NCBI GenBank assembly: GCA_964517685.1 | Contig: CAZFCF010000003.1 | Coordinates: forward strand, 47,706 to 111,705 | Length of the DNA stretch: 64,000 nucleotides | Source of the DNA: an uncultured Gammaproteobacteria bacterium | GTDB taxonomy: Bacteria > Cyanobacteriota > Vampirovibrionia > LMEP-6097 | Direction: 5' to 3' | Shown here: positions 7,941-18,118 of the stretch, piece by piece | Layout of the letters: the number at the start of each line of letters is the position of its first letter | How positions within the stretch are numbered: the stretch's first letter is position 1 | Notes under the pieces: model-generated | The model's input: only the letters and a program-made list of their open reading frames with translations | Told to the model about the DNA's origin: nothing | Databases searched by the model: none | Program-made: the position numbers and the translations under genes

Positions 7941-10900
7941 TTGAGGTGCTCAATTAAAGTCCCTAAAAAATATCTTTATTTCTTCTCTACCTTAGTTTTT
8001 TTGACTATAAGTTTTTTTCTTGTATTGAAATTAGTTAACTTCTCAGAATTAATAGCCAACTATGCGGTTAATGATTTTAATAAAAAGATCTATGGCGCTA
8101 TCAGTTTCAAAGATGCAAGACTCGGTTTAAATCCAAAGAATCTTGATTTATATTTTGAAATATTTATTCTAAAAGATCAAAATTCAGTCGAGATTTTCAA
8201 AGCTAAGAATCTAAGAGTCAAATGGTCTTTAAAGAATTTATTTGATCCGAATCAAAGAATTAATGAACTCTCTGCTGATAATTTATTTATAGCAGCTAGC
8301 AAAAATAAAAATGGTAAATGGAATTTTGAAAACCTATTCAAAAAACCTGCTGTTACGAAGCTCAAGTATTCATTTAGAGAAATTAATGTCCCTCAGTTTA
8401 CTTTGCATATAAGTGATGATATCGGTGGTTCGCAATTAAAATATGAAAATGTCAAAGTGTTTTTTAAAACCATTAAGCATAAAAAGCTCTATAGCATTGA
8501 TGTTGAGACTACCAGTAATGGTGACAATTTGATATCAGTTAAGGGTAATCTAAACCTTGCAGGTGATCAAAACTTTTTATTGAATAGAAATAATCTCAAT
8601 GTACATTTAGTAGATTTCCAAGCGATTAATTTACAGTTTTTTAGTTCTATATTTGATTTTGGTGCTTATAACAAAAACTTTACTGCGGCAGCTAAATATT
8701 TAGAAGGCTCTCGCTTAACTCTTGATGCACAGGTAAATTCCAATCGTAAGTCAAAAAACAATTTTAAATTCAATTTGCAAGTAAATGAATTGAGAAGCTT
8801 TGATCACGTAACTGCCGATTTTATTGGCAATTTGACTGCGGATTTATTAACAGTCTCTAAAATGGATCTAAATGCTGGAGAGGCTTTAATTAGCTGTGTA
8901 GGTACTGTATCTAAATGGCAGGAAAAAGATCCTATACTAAATTTAAATTTTAGAATCCATAACTTAAGTCTGCAAAAATTAAAAGTAGAAATTAATAAAT
9001 TGAAAATTCCTTTAGCAGGTTTTATTTATGAAACTTTAGCTGTAGTTTTGAAAACAGATTTAGTAAATGGTAATTTTAAAATTGCTTCTCATTTAACTAA
9101 TCCAGATTATTCATTAAATTTAGATATGGCAGGTTCTAATAATCAGCTTAAAACTAATTTTCAATATCATAATGCTGTTCTAGTAATTAAAAGTCTTGAT
9201 CTTCCTTTTGAGGCATCTAAATTATCTCTCAGGGGTAGTCATGATCTTAAGAACAATAATTTTGATTTTGAAATCGTTGCCAAAGCTGCTCCATTACAGA
9301 TTTTGACTGATATAGTATCTTCTTTGCCAATTGCTGCAAAATTACAAGTATTCTTGATTAAATCAAAATTTGAATCTGGAACTACAGATTTTAATATGCA
9401 TATTAATTCAGTGATAGATCCTCAAACTAAACTTAAAAGGGTGCAAATTAACTCTTCAACTAAAATTCGTAATGTTAATTTAAATTACGAAGATTATCCA
9501 ATTGAATTTAAGAATTTAAATTCAGATATGGAAGTTAAAGACTATGATCTCAATATTAAAACTTTAACTGGTTATCTAGGTGATGACTATGTTGAATTGA
9601 GAGGTTCATTGGATTATAGAAATCTTTCAGAAGTCAATCTAGAACTGGCTTCACCAGAATTTAATGCAAGTAACTTTAATGATTTAAAGCTTTTAGAGAA
9701 TTTGAAAAAATCTTATGGTATTAATATGGTCTCTGGTGTTCTAAAAGATTTTTATTTGGCTTTTAAGAGAAAGGATAAAAATATCGACATAGTTTCACAT
9801 GCCAATATTGATATGGGGGAAGTGGTTTTCAATGATTCTTCCAAAGTATCTAAAATAAGAGGTTTATTTGCTTTAAAAGATAAAGTTTTGAAATTTACTA
9901 AATTTACTTTTAGTTTTGGTGATGATTCAATTGTTCTCCTGGATGGCCTTGTTGATGAGACTTTGAAAGCACCAAATTTAATTTTACAAGCTAAAAAATT
10001 GTCTTTAGCTAAAATATCTAAAATTTTTGGTTTTGATAAAAAACTAAAAATCAATTTTACTGATGGCACATTGAATTCTAATTTAACTCTCAAGGATAAA
10101 GATTATTTCGGTACTATTGATTTTAATTCCGTAGGTTTTAACTACCTAGATTCCAAATATGGTGTTTACCCGGTTTCTAATATGAAAGGTAAGATCAATT
10201 TCAATAAATATTTATATGCAGAAGATCTTAGTGGTAAATATGGTGCTTCTGTATTTAAAAATCTAAATATTCATATTGATAAACCAAAGTCAGCAGATAG
10301 AATCTTCAGTCTTAGCTTCAATGGAGATCTATATGCTAATGAATTGAGTAACTTTATGCCACAAGGCATTAAGAGCTTACTTACAGTCACTGGCTATCTT
10401 CCAGCTCGTATTTTAATTTCTGGTAATAGACAGAAACAGAAATATAATATTGAGGCTGATTTGGATAATGTGGATAGCTTTAGCTTCTCAAATTGGCTTG
10501 TCTACCAAAAAAATGTACCGGTGCAGCTTAAAGCTAAATTTACTGTTACGCCTCAGCAAATTATTTCTGAAGATTGCAAGATTATTTTCTCAAATGGTCC
10601 AAGCAAAATAAATAAAATGACCAGAATCAAATCTACTTTCCAGATTGAAGATTGGTCAAATTCAAGAATGACTTATTATACAGTTTTCAGTATTTCTAAC
10701 AAGATTGGTAATGCTGATCTAGCTTATGTTGCACCGCAAATCATTAGTTTGAAGCCAATGAATCTCAGTGTTGGCAGAGGTTACTTCGATTGCGATACTA
10801 GTGGTGACATAGTCTCTAGGCAAACAATTTGTGATATTCGTATTAATAGTGCTGTTGCTAAGAAGTATGGAATTGGTGACTTGAAGGCTAATAAAATCAC

Positions 10901-11747
10901 TGTTGGATTGCTTTCAATCAATAATAAGCCTTTGGATGCTGATATTAGTTCTAGTGATGGTGACTGGAATGGTATTCCTTATAAGAACTTAGATTTAGAT
11001 TTAAAAGCAAATGGTGATTTTGTTTATATCGATAATTTAACGGCAGTTGTTAAAGATGGCACACTTGCTGCTAAAACTAGTTTCAATGTTAAAACCTTGG
11101 AATCTACATTCCGAATGAAAGGTGATAAATTACCTGCTCATGAACTTGTACAAGGTATATGGCTATTGGGTGATGAGGTGCCAGCTGGAGTCGTTAGTGG
11201 TACTTTTGAAGGTAAGACAGTCGGTATTTTACCTGATCCAATGTTCTATAACCTCGAAGGTAGCGCGAATCTGTCAGTTAAAAATGGCCAGTTGAGCCAA
11301 TTGAAATCAATGCAAAGAATTTTGACGGCAGTAAATACCATGACTAATTTTGATGTCAATAATGTTTTCCAAGTTTTGATTACTTATAAAGGAGGACTTT
11401 TTAACGATTTGATCAGCGCTATGAAATATGACAAAGGAGTTATAAGTTCAGAAAAAGTTCTTCTTAAGGCAGATGCTATTGAATTAGATCTCAGTGGTTT
11501 TTTGGATTTTAATAAAGATCATCTATCCGTAAAAGGCAAAGGCATGATCCCAAGAAGAGCTAAGAGTATTTTACAAACTGTAGGTGTGGGTAAGGCTAAC
11601 CTAGGTAATATACTTTCCAAGGCTAATTTAGACTTTTTAATCCCAACTTCTAGTAATAGATTTTTTGAATTCCAAATGACTGGTCCGATTAGTGATATGG
11701 AAACGACGGCTGAGTCGGTGCGCTCTACCTTCAAGTGGACCCAGTAA
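7941..11747 (+). CDS. AsmA/TamB-like giant outer-membrane-biogenesis protein (1268 aa)
   Basis: N-terminal membrane anchor, then a very long beta-rich, Asn/Lys-rich body. Size and architecture fit TamB/AsmA-family proteins of diderms. No catalytic motifs seen. Confidence 0.4.
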   Translation: MRCSIKVPKKYLYFFSTLVFLTISFFLVLKLVNFSELIANYAVNDFNKKIYGAISFKDARLGLNPKNLDLYFEIFILKDQNSVEIFKAKNLRVKWSLKNLFDPNQRINELSADNLFIAASKNKNGKWNFENLFKKPAVTKLKYSFREINVPQFTLHISDDIGGSQLKYENVKVFFKTIKHKKLYSIDVETTSNGDNLISVKGNLNLAGDQNFLLNRNNLNVHLVDFQAINLQFFSSIFDFGAYNKNFTAAAKYLEGSRLTLDAQVNSNRKSKNNFKFNLQVNELRSFDHVTADFIGNLTADLLTVSKMDLNAGEALISCVGTVSKWQEKDPILNLNFRIHNLSLQKLKVEINKLKIPLAGFIYETLAVVLKTDLVNGNFKIASHLTNPDYSLNLDMAGSNNQLKTNFQYHNAVLVIKSLDLPFEASKLSLRGSHDLKNNNFDFEIVAKAAPLQILTDIVSSLPIAAKLQVFLIKSKFESGTTDFNMHINSVIDPQTKLKRVQINSSTKIRNVNLNYEDYPIEFKNLNSDMEVKDYDLNIKTLTGYLGDDYVELRGSLDYRNLSEVNLELASPEFNASNFNDLKLLENLKKSYGINMVSGVLKDFYLAFKRKDKNIDIVSHANIDMGEVVFNDSSKVSKIRGLFALKDKVLKFTKFTFSFGDDSIVLLDGLVDETLKAPNLILQAKKLSLAKISKIFGFDKKLKINFTDGTLNSNLTLKDKDYFGTIDFNSVGFNYLDSKYGVYPVSNMKGKINFNKYLYAEDLSGKYGASVFKNLNIHIDKPKSADRIFSLSFNGDLYANELSNFMPQGIKSLLTVTGYLPARILISGNRQKQKYNIEADLDNVDSFSFSNWLVYQKNVPVQLKAKFTVTPQQIISEDCKIIFSNGPSKINKMTRIKSTFQIEDWSNSRMTYYTVFSISNKIGNADLAYVAPQIISLKPMNLSVGRGYFDCDTSGDIVSRQTICDIRINSAVAKKYGIGDLKANKITVGLLSINNKPLDADISSSDGDWNGIPYKNLDLDLKANGDFVYIDNLTAVVKDGTLAAKTSFNVKTLESTFRMKGDKLPAHELVQGIWLLGDEVPAGVVSGTFEGKTVGILPDPMFYNLEGSANLSVKNGQLSQLKSMQRILTAVNTMTNFDVNNVFQVLITYKGGLFNDLISAMKYDKGVISSEKVLLKADAIELDLSGFLDFNKDHLSVKGKGMIPRRAKSILQTVGVGKANLGNILSKANLDFLIPTSSNRFFEFQMTGPISDMETTAESVRSTFKWTQ

Positions 11748-11749
11748 CT

Positions 11750-12535
11750 TTAAGTAATTAAAAGTAATTCAGAACCGCTAACTAAGTCATCAATAAAATT
11801 TTTTGCTTGTTCAAATTTTGCTTTACCTAAATCACGAATTTTTTTAGCTTCAATCTCAAAACGACTTTTTCTCTTCTTTAGCCATAGCGGAAAATCTTCA
11901 TGCTCTAAAGCTCTAATCATACTTTCTAAAGTCTCTGCTTCAATAGTGAAATCATATTCAACCATAAATCTAAGAGCGCGAGTGAGTCGAGTTGGATCAT
12001 CGATAAAACTTTCTGTATGAAAAGCGCGAATGAGTTTTTTCTCTATATCGCTAATTCCACCAATATGGTCTATGATCTCACCAAAGCTTTTAGGCATCAG
12101 TGATTCAAGTAGGGCATTAATTGTAAAATCTCGGCGTACTAAATCTGCACTAACATCATGAATGATAGTAACTTCTGGGAAAGCTGCGGGCTCAGGATAG
12201 ATCTCTGTTCGGGTACTGGCAATTTCAATCATGCTTGCAGGATATTCTGGATGTTGAATTTTGATAGTACCGAAGCATTTAAACTCTTCGACTATATCGA
12301 AAGTTACATGATTTGGATCATTGTCCTCAAGGTACTTTTGGAATTTATAAATAAATTCAATGGCATCGGTGTTAATAACTAAATCTATATCTTGATTTTG
12401 ATTGAAATTTAATCCGTTTAATTCAGCGTAGATTTTATTGCGTAGATAGCCGCCGACTATATATAATTCATGACCCAATTGCGCTGCCGCCGCGCCAATG
12501 TCTTGAAGAAAGGGATGAATCGTAGCAAAACTCAT
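11750..12535 (-). CDS. tRNA nucleotidyltransferase / poly(A) polymerase family protein (head domain)
   Basis: N-terminus HPFLQDIGAAAAQLGHELYIVGGYLRNKI...DIDLV resembles the PolyA_pol head domain (GGxVRD, DxD). At 261 aa it is shorter than classical CCA enzymes. Confidence 0.45.
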   Translation of the reverse strand: MSFATIHPFLQDIGAAAAQLGHELYIVGGYLRNKIYAELNGLNFNQNQDIDLVINTDAIEFIYKFQKYLEDNDPNHVTFDIVEEFKCFGTIKIQHPEYPASMIEIASTRTEIYPEPAAFPEVTIIHDVSADLVRRDFTINALLESLMPKSFGEIIDHIGGISDIEKKLIRAFHTESFIDDPTRLTRALRFMVEYDFTIEAETLESMIRALEHEDFPLWLKKRKSRFEIEAKKIRDLGKAKFEQAKNFIDDLVSGSELLLIT

Positions 12536-12550
12536 TAAGACCTAAGTCTA

Positions 12551-13885
12551 TTACAAAGTTTCAATAATTTCAAAAAACTCAGGAAACGAAGTATTTACAA
12601 ACTCAGTTTGTAAGATTTCAATAGCTTTAGTTGAATGTAAGGCTGCAATTGCACTACTCATGGCTAATCTATGATCTCCATGTGAATCGATTACAGTATA
12701 GTCTTTGATCGGTTCAAAGGGTTTGCCTGCGCGACCTTCAATGATCATGCCATCTTCTGTTTCTTCAACAGTGACACCAAGATGCTTAAGCATATTAATA
12801 GTAGTTGCAATACGATTGGATTCTTTTACCTTTAATTCAGCTGCATCTTTAATGATGGTAGTTCCTTGAGCCTGTGCCGCCAGGATTGAAATCACCGGAA
12901 TCTCATCAATCAATCTTGGAATTAAATCACCCTCTATAGTAGTGGCTTGAGCTTCTGAATGATAAACAATGATATCTGCAATAGCTTCGTGATTAATTTT
13001 TCTTTTATTAGTAAGTTTGAATTTCACTTTCATGGCTTTTAATACATCAAGAATTCCAGTTCTAGTGGGATTGATGCCGACATTGATTAAATTCAGTTCT
13101 GCTCCCGGTAATATTGCTCCAGCAACTAAGAAGAATGCAGCGCTAGAAATATCACCTGGCACTTCTATTTTTTGTCCTTGAAGTTTAGTAATTGATTTTA
13201 ATCCGTTTAAGCTAGTTCTAAGTCCATCAATTTTAAGATCAGCTCCAAAGCTTCGCATCATTAATTCAGTATGATCGCGAGATTTTTCTGGCTCACTTAC
13301 ACTGGTTACGCCATCAGCATTTAAACCAGCAAGTAAAATACAAGATTTAACTTGAGCGGAAGCAATCTTGGAAACATAATCAATTGCCTTTAATTTTTTT
13401 GCGGTTCCGTCTGGATTGATAATTAAAGGTGCTTTATTGGCACGGCTTTTAATTATTGCGCCCATTTCAGCAAGAGGATCAATTACTCTGCCCATTGGTC
13501 TTCCAGAAAGTGATTCATCTCCAATTAATGTGGTTGTGAAAGGTAGTCCAGCAAAGAGTCCTGTGAGTAAACGCATTCCTGTTCCAGAATTACCTAGGTA
13601 TATGGCTTTACTTGGTTCTTTGAGATTTGCAAAACCGTTGCCGTGAATTTTAACTTCACGCTCGGCTTCATTGAATTCGATTTCAACGCCTAAGGCTTTA
13701 AATGCATTCATTGTACAAATACAATCTTCACCAGTAAGGAAATGTTCGACTTCTGTTAAACCATTTGCGATTGATCCAAAAATAATAGAACGATGAGAAA
13801 TGGATTTATCGCCAGGAATTTTAATTTCTTTTTTTCCAGCTTTTTTTAACTGGGAAATTACTTTCTTTTGCATTTCTTTTTGCAT
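12551..13885 (-). CDS. aroA: 3-phosphoshikimate 1-carboxyvinyltransferase (EPSP synthase, AroA)
   Basis: KIPGDKSISHRSIIFGSIANG, and later LGNSGTGMRLLTG and RPM..V motifs. 444 aa. Confidence 0.85.
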   Translation of the reverse strand: MQKEMQKKVISQLKKAGKKEIKIPGDKSISHRSIIFGSIANGLTEVEHFLTGEDCICTMNAFKALGVEIEFNEAEREVKIHGNGFANLKEPSKAIYLGNSGTGMRLLTGLFAGLPFTTTLIGDESLSGRPMGRVIDPLAEMGAIIKSRANKAPLIINPDGTAKKLKAIDYVSKIASAQVKSCILLAGLNADGVTSVSEPEKSRDHTELMMRSFGADLKIDGLRTSLNGLKSITKLQGQKIEVPGDISSAAFFLVAGAILPGAELNLINVGINPTRTGILDVLKAMKVKFKLTNKRKINHEAIADIIVYHSEAQATTIEGDLIPRLIDEIPVISILAAQAQGTTIIKDAAELKVKESNRIATTINMLKHLGVTVEETEDGMIIEGRAGKPFEPIKDYTVIDSHGDHRLAMSSAIAALHSTKAIEILQTEFVNTSFPEFFEIIETL

Positions 13886-13893
13886 CTTTGTAA

Positions 13894-15249
13894 TTATAAT
13901 TTCATCGCCAGTAAATCTTTTGCACTAATGATTTTGCCATAAAGTGCAGAAGCTGCAACTGTTGCCGGGCTTGCTAAATGCGCTCTAGAACCGGCTCCCA
14001 TGCGACCAGGGAAATTTCTATTAGTGCTAGAAATACAACGATTCTTAGGTGCAACTACACCCATACTCATTCCTAAACAAGGACCACAGCTAGCGTGAGT
14101 CCAAAGCGCTCCAGCATCTTGGAAAATATCATGTAAGCCTTCACGTTCAGCTTGTCTTTTTACTTCTTGAGATCCTGGAGTAATGATAGTAGGAATTTTT
14201 ACTTTATGACCTTTGAGAATATCAGCTGCAATTCTCAAATCAGAAATTCTTGAATTTGTGCAACTGCCAATGAAAGCTTGGTCAAGTTCTAAGTCTTCAA
14301 CTTTATCACCTGGCTTTAGTCCAGTATATTCAAGCGCTTTAGCATCAGCATCAGCAGGAATAACTCCATGAGTTGAAACTGCCTCACCAGGATTGATTCC
14401 CCAAGTTACCATCGGCTCAAGTTTGCTGATATCAAGCTCTACTTCTGCATCGTATTTTGCATCAGGATCAGCTTTGTATTTAGACCATTTAGCTTTTAGT
14501 GCATCAAACTCTTTAGAGTCTTTAGGAATTTGTTCTCTATCGCGTAGATATTCAAAAGTTACTTCATCCGCTTCGATCATGCCACTTGTAGCACCAGCTT
14601 CAATAGCCATGTTACAAATGGTCATTCTCTCTTCCATTGATAAGTCTTTAATGCCATCACCAGTGTATTCCAGTACAAAGCCAGTACCACCTTTAAAAGT
14701 TATTTTACTGATGATTGCAAGAATAATGTCTTTAGCATAAACACCTTCTTGTCTTTTGCCAGTGACATTGATTTTCATTACTTTAGGTTTTTTAAGTAAA
14801 AGACACTGAGATAACATTGCACCAGCGTTTGCAGTAGTACCGATACCCAGTGCAAAACAAGCGAAGGCGCCGTTAGTACAAGTATGTGAATCACCACAAC
14901 AAAGAGTCATTCCTGGTTGTACATAACCTTTCTCAGGAGCGATCACATGGCAAATACCATTTTCACCAATATCAAAGTGTCTTATACCGTGTTTCTTAGC
15001 CCATTTACGTAAAACATCAGCTTGAATTGCAGTAGCTGTATCTTTTGCAGGAGCTACGTGATCATTAATAGCTAAAATTCTTTTGGCATCGAAAATTCTT
15101 CCACCAAATTCTTCATCAATTTGGATAGCGCCTTGAGGAGTAGTAATTTCATGGGCAACAATTTTATCCATGAAAACTAAATAGTTATCGCCGGGTAGTT
15201 TCTCAACTACATGTTCGTCCCAAACTTTCTCAAATAGAGTCTTACTCAT
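13894..15249 (-). CDS. leuC: 3-isopropylmalate dehydratase large subunit (LeuC; aconitase family)
   Basis: Collinear with E. coli LeuC: MSKTLFEKVWDEHVV, GMTLCCGDSHTCTNGAF, LSMEERMTICNMAIEAGA, FIGSCTNSRISDLR, CGPCLGM, STNRNFPGRMG. No leuD is adjacent. Confidence 0.8.
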   Translation of the reverse strand: MSKTLFEKVWDEHVVEKLPGDNYLVFMDKIVAHEITTPQGAIQIDEEFGGRIFDAKRILAINDHVAPAKDTATAIQADVLRKWAKKHGIRHFDIGENGICHVIAPEKGYVQPGMTLCCGDSHTCTNGAFACFALGIGTTANAGAMLSQCLLLKKPKVMKINVTGKRQEGVYAKDIILAIISKITFKGGTGFVLEYTGDGIKDLSMEERMTICNMAIEAGATSGMIEADEVTFEYLRDREQIPKDSKEFDALKAKWSKYKADPDAKYDAEVELDISKLEPMVTWGINPGEAVSTHGVIPADADAKALEYTGLKPGDKVEDLELDQAFIGSCTNSRISDLRIAADILKGHKVKIPTIITPGSQEVKRQAEREGLHDIFQDAGALWTHASCGPCLGMSMGVVAPKNRCISSTNRNFPGRMGAGSRAHLASPATVAASALYGKIISAKDLLAMKL

Positions 15250-15281
15250 ATACTGCCAATCTTAGCAAATTAGAGTAAGTG

Positions 15282-15386
15282 CCGTCATTGCGAGCCACGA
15301 AGTGGCGTGGCAATCCAGTCAGCGCACGGGGATTGCTTCGTCAGGCTTTGCCTTCCTCGCAATGACACGCTACGCTCGCAATGACG
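15282..15386. mobile_element. RPE-like MITE (family A) copy, intergenic with duplicated right end
   Basis: ccgtcattgcgagccacgaagtggcgtggcaatcc...ggggattgcttcgtcagg...cctcgcaatgacacgctacgctcgcaatgacgg. Confidence 0.75.
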
Positions 15387-15412
15387 GTATTTATTTTCGA
15401 ATAATAAAAAAT

Positions 15413-16915
15413 CTATTTAGCTTGCACTATCAAATTAATTTTCAAAATCTGCGCTGCAACTTCATTGGCGATTTTAAAAGCAGATATTTTTACTTCAGTT
15501 GGATCTATAACTCCAGCTTCTTCTAAATCAAGTAATTCACCATTATCAAGATCAATACCCTTAGTATTTTGCGGGCTAAGGCTAAGTTTAGTAATCAATT
15601 CACTGAATTCAAATCCTGCATTAGTAACTATTTGTTTGAATAGTGCTGCAAGTGATTCAATAACCACATCAAAGCCGGCAGAGATTTCAGTGTCGTTTTT
15701 GAATTCTTGTTTTGATTCTTGTAAATTTTTAATTAGATTAAGCTCGGCAATACCTTCACCCATTAAGTAACCTGACTTCAGGGTTGCGATCATGGCTTGA
15801 ATGGCATCTTTAGTAATGCGCTTACGTTCCTCAAGGATAGTTTCAGTTTCAGCATTAATAATGATAGTGGCTTGATATTGCTTACTGCCAATTAAGCTAA
15901 AACCAGCGAGCTCGGGATAGTAAGTAATTTTTTCTAAGCTACCAGAATAATCTTTGAGATTTTGCTCTGAGCTTAATAAGTTTGCTCTAGTAGTTAATTG
16001 TGAGCCGCTTGCTTGAATTAAATTATCGATATCAGATTTTTTTAGATGAGTTAAAACAAAAATTCCTGACTTCACAAAAAATTCTTCAATAGTTGGAAAC
16101 ATCGAGGCACTAGTGAAAACTGCTTTAATACCCGATTTAGAAATTTTCTTAGCAGAGTCTAGCAGCGTTTGAATATTGTTTTCAAATCTTTTGACACCTT
16201 CATCAGTGCTTATAGCCTCGCTGGACATTGGTTCTGGCTCAAAAGGCCCTTCGATAATTAGGCAGCTTAGCTCATTGAAACTTTGTGAGTAATTAAAATG
16301 AGTTTTCTTTTTGATAAATAAGCCATCTAGAACTCGTGATTCTGAGAGGCTTGTAGCAACAACTGCTTCTGCAAGATCGTAACTATCATTAATGAGAATA
16401 TTTGTTTTATTCTTGTCGATAATTTTTTTAGCAGCATCAATGATTAATTCCGTGATGATTTGATTTTCTCTTGCGGCAATAGAAACTACTTGTTTGAGTT
16501 TTTCATCATTTATATCTTTGATGGGTTTAGAACTTTTTCTAAATTCATTAATTAACTTTTCTGAAGCTATTTGAATACCTTTGACCAAGCGTGAAGTTTT
16601 TGCACCATTATTAATTTTGTTTTGGGCGCTACTTAGAAGGGCGTCAATTAGAATCGCTGTACTAGTAGTACCATCACCAACTTGAGCTTCTTGAGATTTA
16701 AGTGCTTCATTAACCAGCCTAGAAATCGGATGGAGAATTTTTAGATTGCTAAGAATTTCGACGCCATCATTAGTGCAAGTAGTGTGACCAAATTCATCAA
16801 CTAACATTACATCAAGTCCTTTTGGACCTACAGTGCCTTTTACAGTGGCCACAAGGGATGCTACCGCATTAATATTGGAATTGAGAATGTCTGAGTATTT
16901 TTGGTTGTCTAGCAT
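15413..16915 (-). CDS. group II chaperonin (thermosome/CCT-like Cpn60, TCP-1 family)
   Basis: VGPKGLDVMLVDEFGHTTCTNDGVEILSNLKILHPISRLVNEALKSQEAQVGDGTTSTAILIDALL aligns residue by residue with the archaeal thermosome ([28 protein letters not shown]...VGDGTTTAVVLAGELL). 500 aa, no GGM tail. Confidence 0.75.
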   Translation of the reverse strand: MLDNQKYSDILNSNINAVASLVATVKGTVGPKGLDVMLVDEFGHTTCTNDGVEILSNLKILHPISRLVNEALKSQEAQVGDGTTSTAILIDALLSSAQNKINNGAKTSRLVKGIQIASEKLINEFRKSSKPIKDINDEKLKQVVSIAARENQIITELIIDAAKKIIDKNKTNILINDSYDLAEAVVATSLSESRVLDGLFIKKKTHFNYSQSFNELSCLIIEGPFEPEPMSSEAISTDEGVKRFENNIQTLLDSAKKISKSGIKAVFTSASMFPTIEEFFVKSGIFVLTHLKKSDIDNLIQASGSQLTTRANLLSSEQNLKDYSGSLEKITYYPELAGFSLIGSKQYQATIIINAETETILEERKRITKDAIQAMIATLKSGYLMGEGIAELNLIKNLQESKQEFKNDTEISAGFDVVIESLAALFKQIVTNAGFEFSELITKLSLSPQNTKGIDLDNGELLDLEEAGVIDPTEVKISAFKIANEVAAQILKINLIVQAK

Positions 16916-17009
16916 TAGCTTATAAATATTTTATCTTAGTGCTAATTGCTTTATTAACCGGAGCTTAACTATTAGATGTTACTTAAGTTCCAAGCAAAGG
17001 AAACCGACC

Positions 17010-17483
17010 ATGTCAGACACACAATTTTTTACGTCACAAATCTCTTCTCTTAATGTAGATCAAGCTGCAACACAGCAAAAGTTAGGAGAGGCACAAAGAG
17101 ATGCTTCGTTAGGTGGAGATGATTCTGCATTGAGCGAAGTGGCTAATCTTCAAGGACAAGTTTCTCAAATCAGAAGTGAAATTGCTTCTGCTAAATCAGA
17201 ATTAGAAAAAGTTGAAGTTAAAAATGCTCAACAAGAAATGCAAGAAGTTCAAGCTGAAGAAAGAAAAAGAGTTGATGAAGAAACTAAAGCTAGAGAGAAA
17301 GAGCAAGAAGATTTAAAATTTTTAGAAACAATTGAGCATCCTGCTAAGGATCAGCCAGCACAAGGCGCTGTAGCTACAGCAATTAAACCGGGTACAGCAG
17401 CTGGACAAGCAAATACAGCAGCTCAAACTGAAGAGAAGCCTGAAATAAAGGCTACAAAAAATTCTTCAGGACCTAGTACATAA
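17010..17483 (+). CDS. hypothetical coiled-coil protein (Gln/Glu/Ala-rich, 157 aa)
   Basis: ORF with low-complexity coiled-coil composition, followed by a clean intrinsic terminator. Confidence 0.4.
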   Translation: MSDTQFFTSQISSLNVDQAATQQKLGEAQRDASLGGDDSALSEVANLQGQVSQIRSEIASAKSELEKVEVKNAQQEMQEVQAEERKRVDEETKAREKEQEDLKFLETIEHPAKDQPAQGAVATAIKPGTAAGQANTAAQTEEKPEIKATKNSSGPST

Positions 17484-17510
17484 CGATTCTCCCTCCCTCC
17501 CAAAAAAAAT

Positions 17511-17545
17511 AAAAGAGCTTCCGCAAGGAGGCTCTTTTATTTTGT
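17511..17545 (+). terminator. rho-independent terminator
   Basis: aaaagagcttccgcaaggaggctcttttatttt: a 9-bp GC stem with a gcaa loop, followed by a T-tract. Confidence 0.7.
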
Positions 17546-17598
17546 AATTTAACAGCGACTTAACTTCCATTTGCTATAAAGTCAGGGGATTATCTAAC

Positions 17599-17853
17599 TT
17601 GATTAATAAAATTGGAAATTTTAATATTAAAGATCTGAAGCAGAAAGGCTTTCAGGTAGCGGATTCAGAGAATAATGAATCTGGCATAAAAAGTTTTAAA
17701 CAAGAAAAAAGTGATTTTGAAACATCAGAATCTTTGAAAGAAACTATTGGTCTTTTAAAAAATAGCATTGGACAAAATCGTAACGATGATCGTGTTCAAT
17801 ACGATATGTCTAACTTGAATAATCAAGATGATAGTGATTTGAAATTTTTATAA
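17599..17853 (+). CDS. hypothetical small protein (84 aa)
   Basis: ORF only; acidic, Asn/Asp-rich. Confidence 0.25.
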   Translation: MINKIGNFNIKDLKQKGFQVADSENNESGIKSFKQEKSDFETSESLKETIGLLKNSIGQNRNDDRVQYDMSNLNNQDDSDLKFL

Positions 17854-17913
17854 CGTTCGTCATCCTGAGCCCTGAAAGGGCGTGAGGATCTAGTCCTTAA
17901 TGGTTCTTTATAA

Positions 17914-18036
17914 CTGGAGAAAATTTTTCATACACTCTTTCACTCCCTATTGCTTGACGCCCCTCCCAGCTCCGCCGCTCGGAGGCGACGCAAACAGGGC
18001 GACCCTTAGTTCAAGAGTGTATTAAAAATTTTCTAG
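17914..18036. repeat. MITE-like element (family C): 24-bp inverted repeats flanking a GC-rich core
   Basis: ctggagaaaatttttcatacactctt (17914-17939) is the reverse complement of aagagtgtattaaaaattttctag (18013-18036). Between them lies a 72-bp GC-rich core with a ctccg..cggag hairpin. Directly preceded by a short family-A-like hairpin, tcgtcatcctgagccctgaaagggcgtgaggatc (17864-17896). Confidence 0.6.
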
Positions 18037-18118
18037 AACACAGTCTAAGAATTCCTAAACTTAAACTTACTGAACCACTTTAACCGGAAGATAAACAAGA
18101 TCCTATATAAAAGAACTA

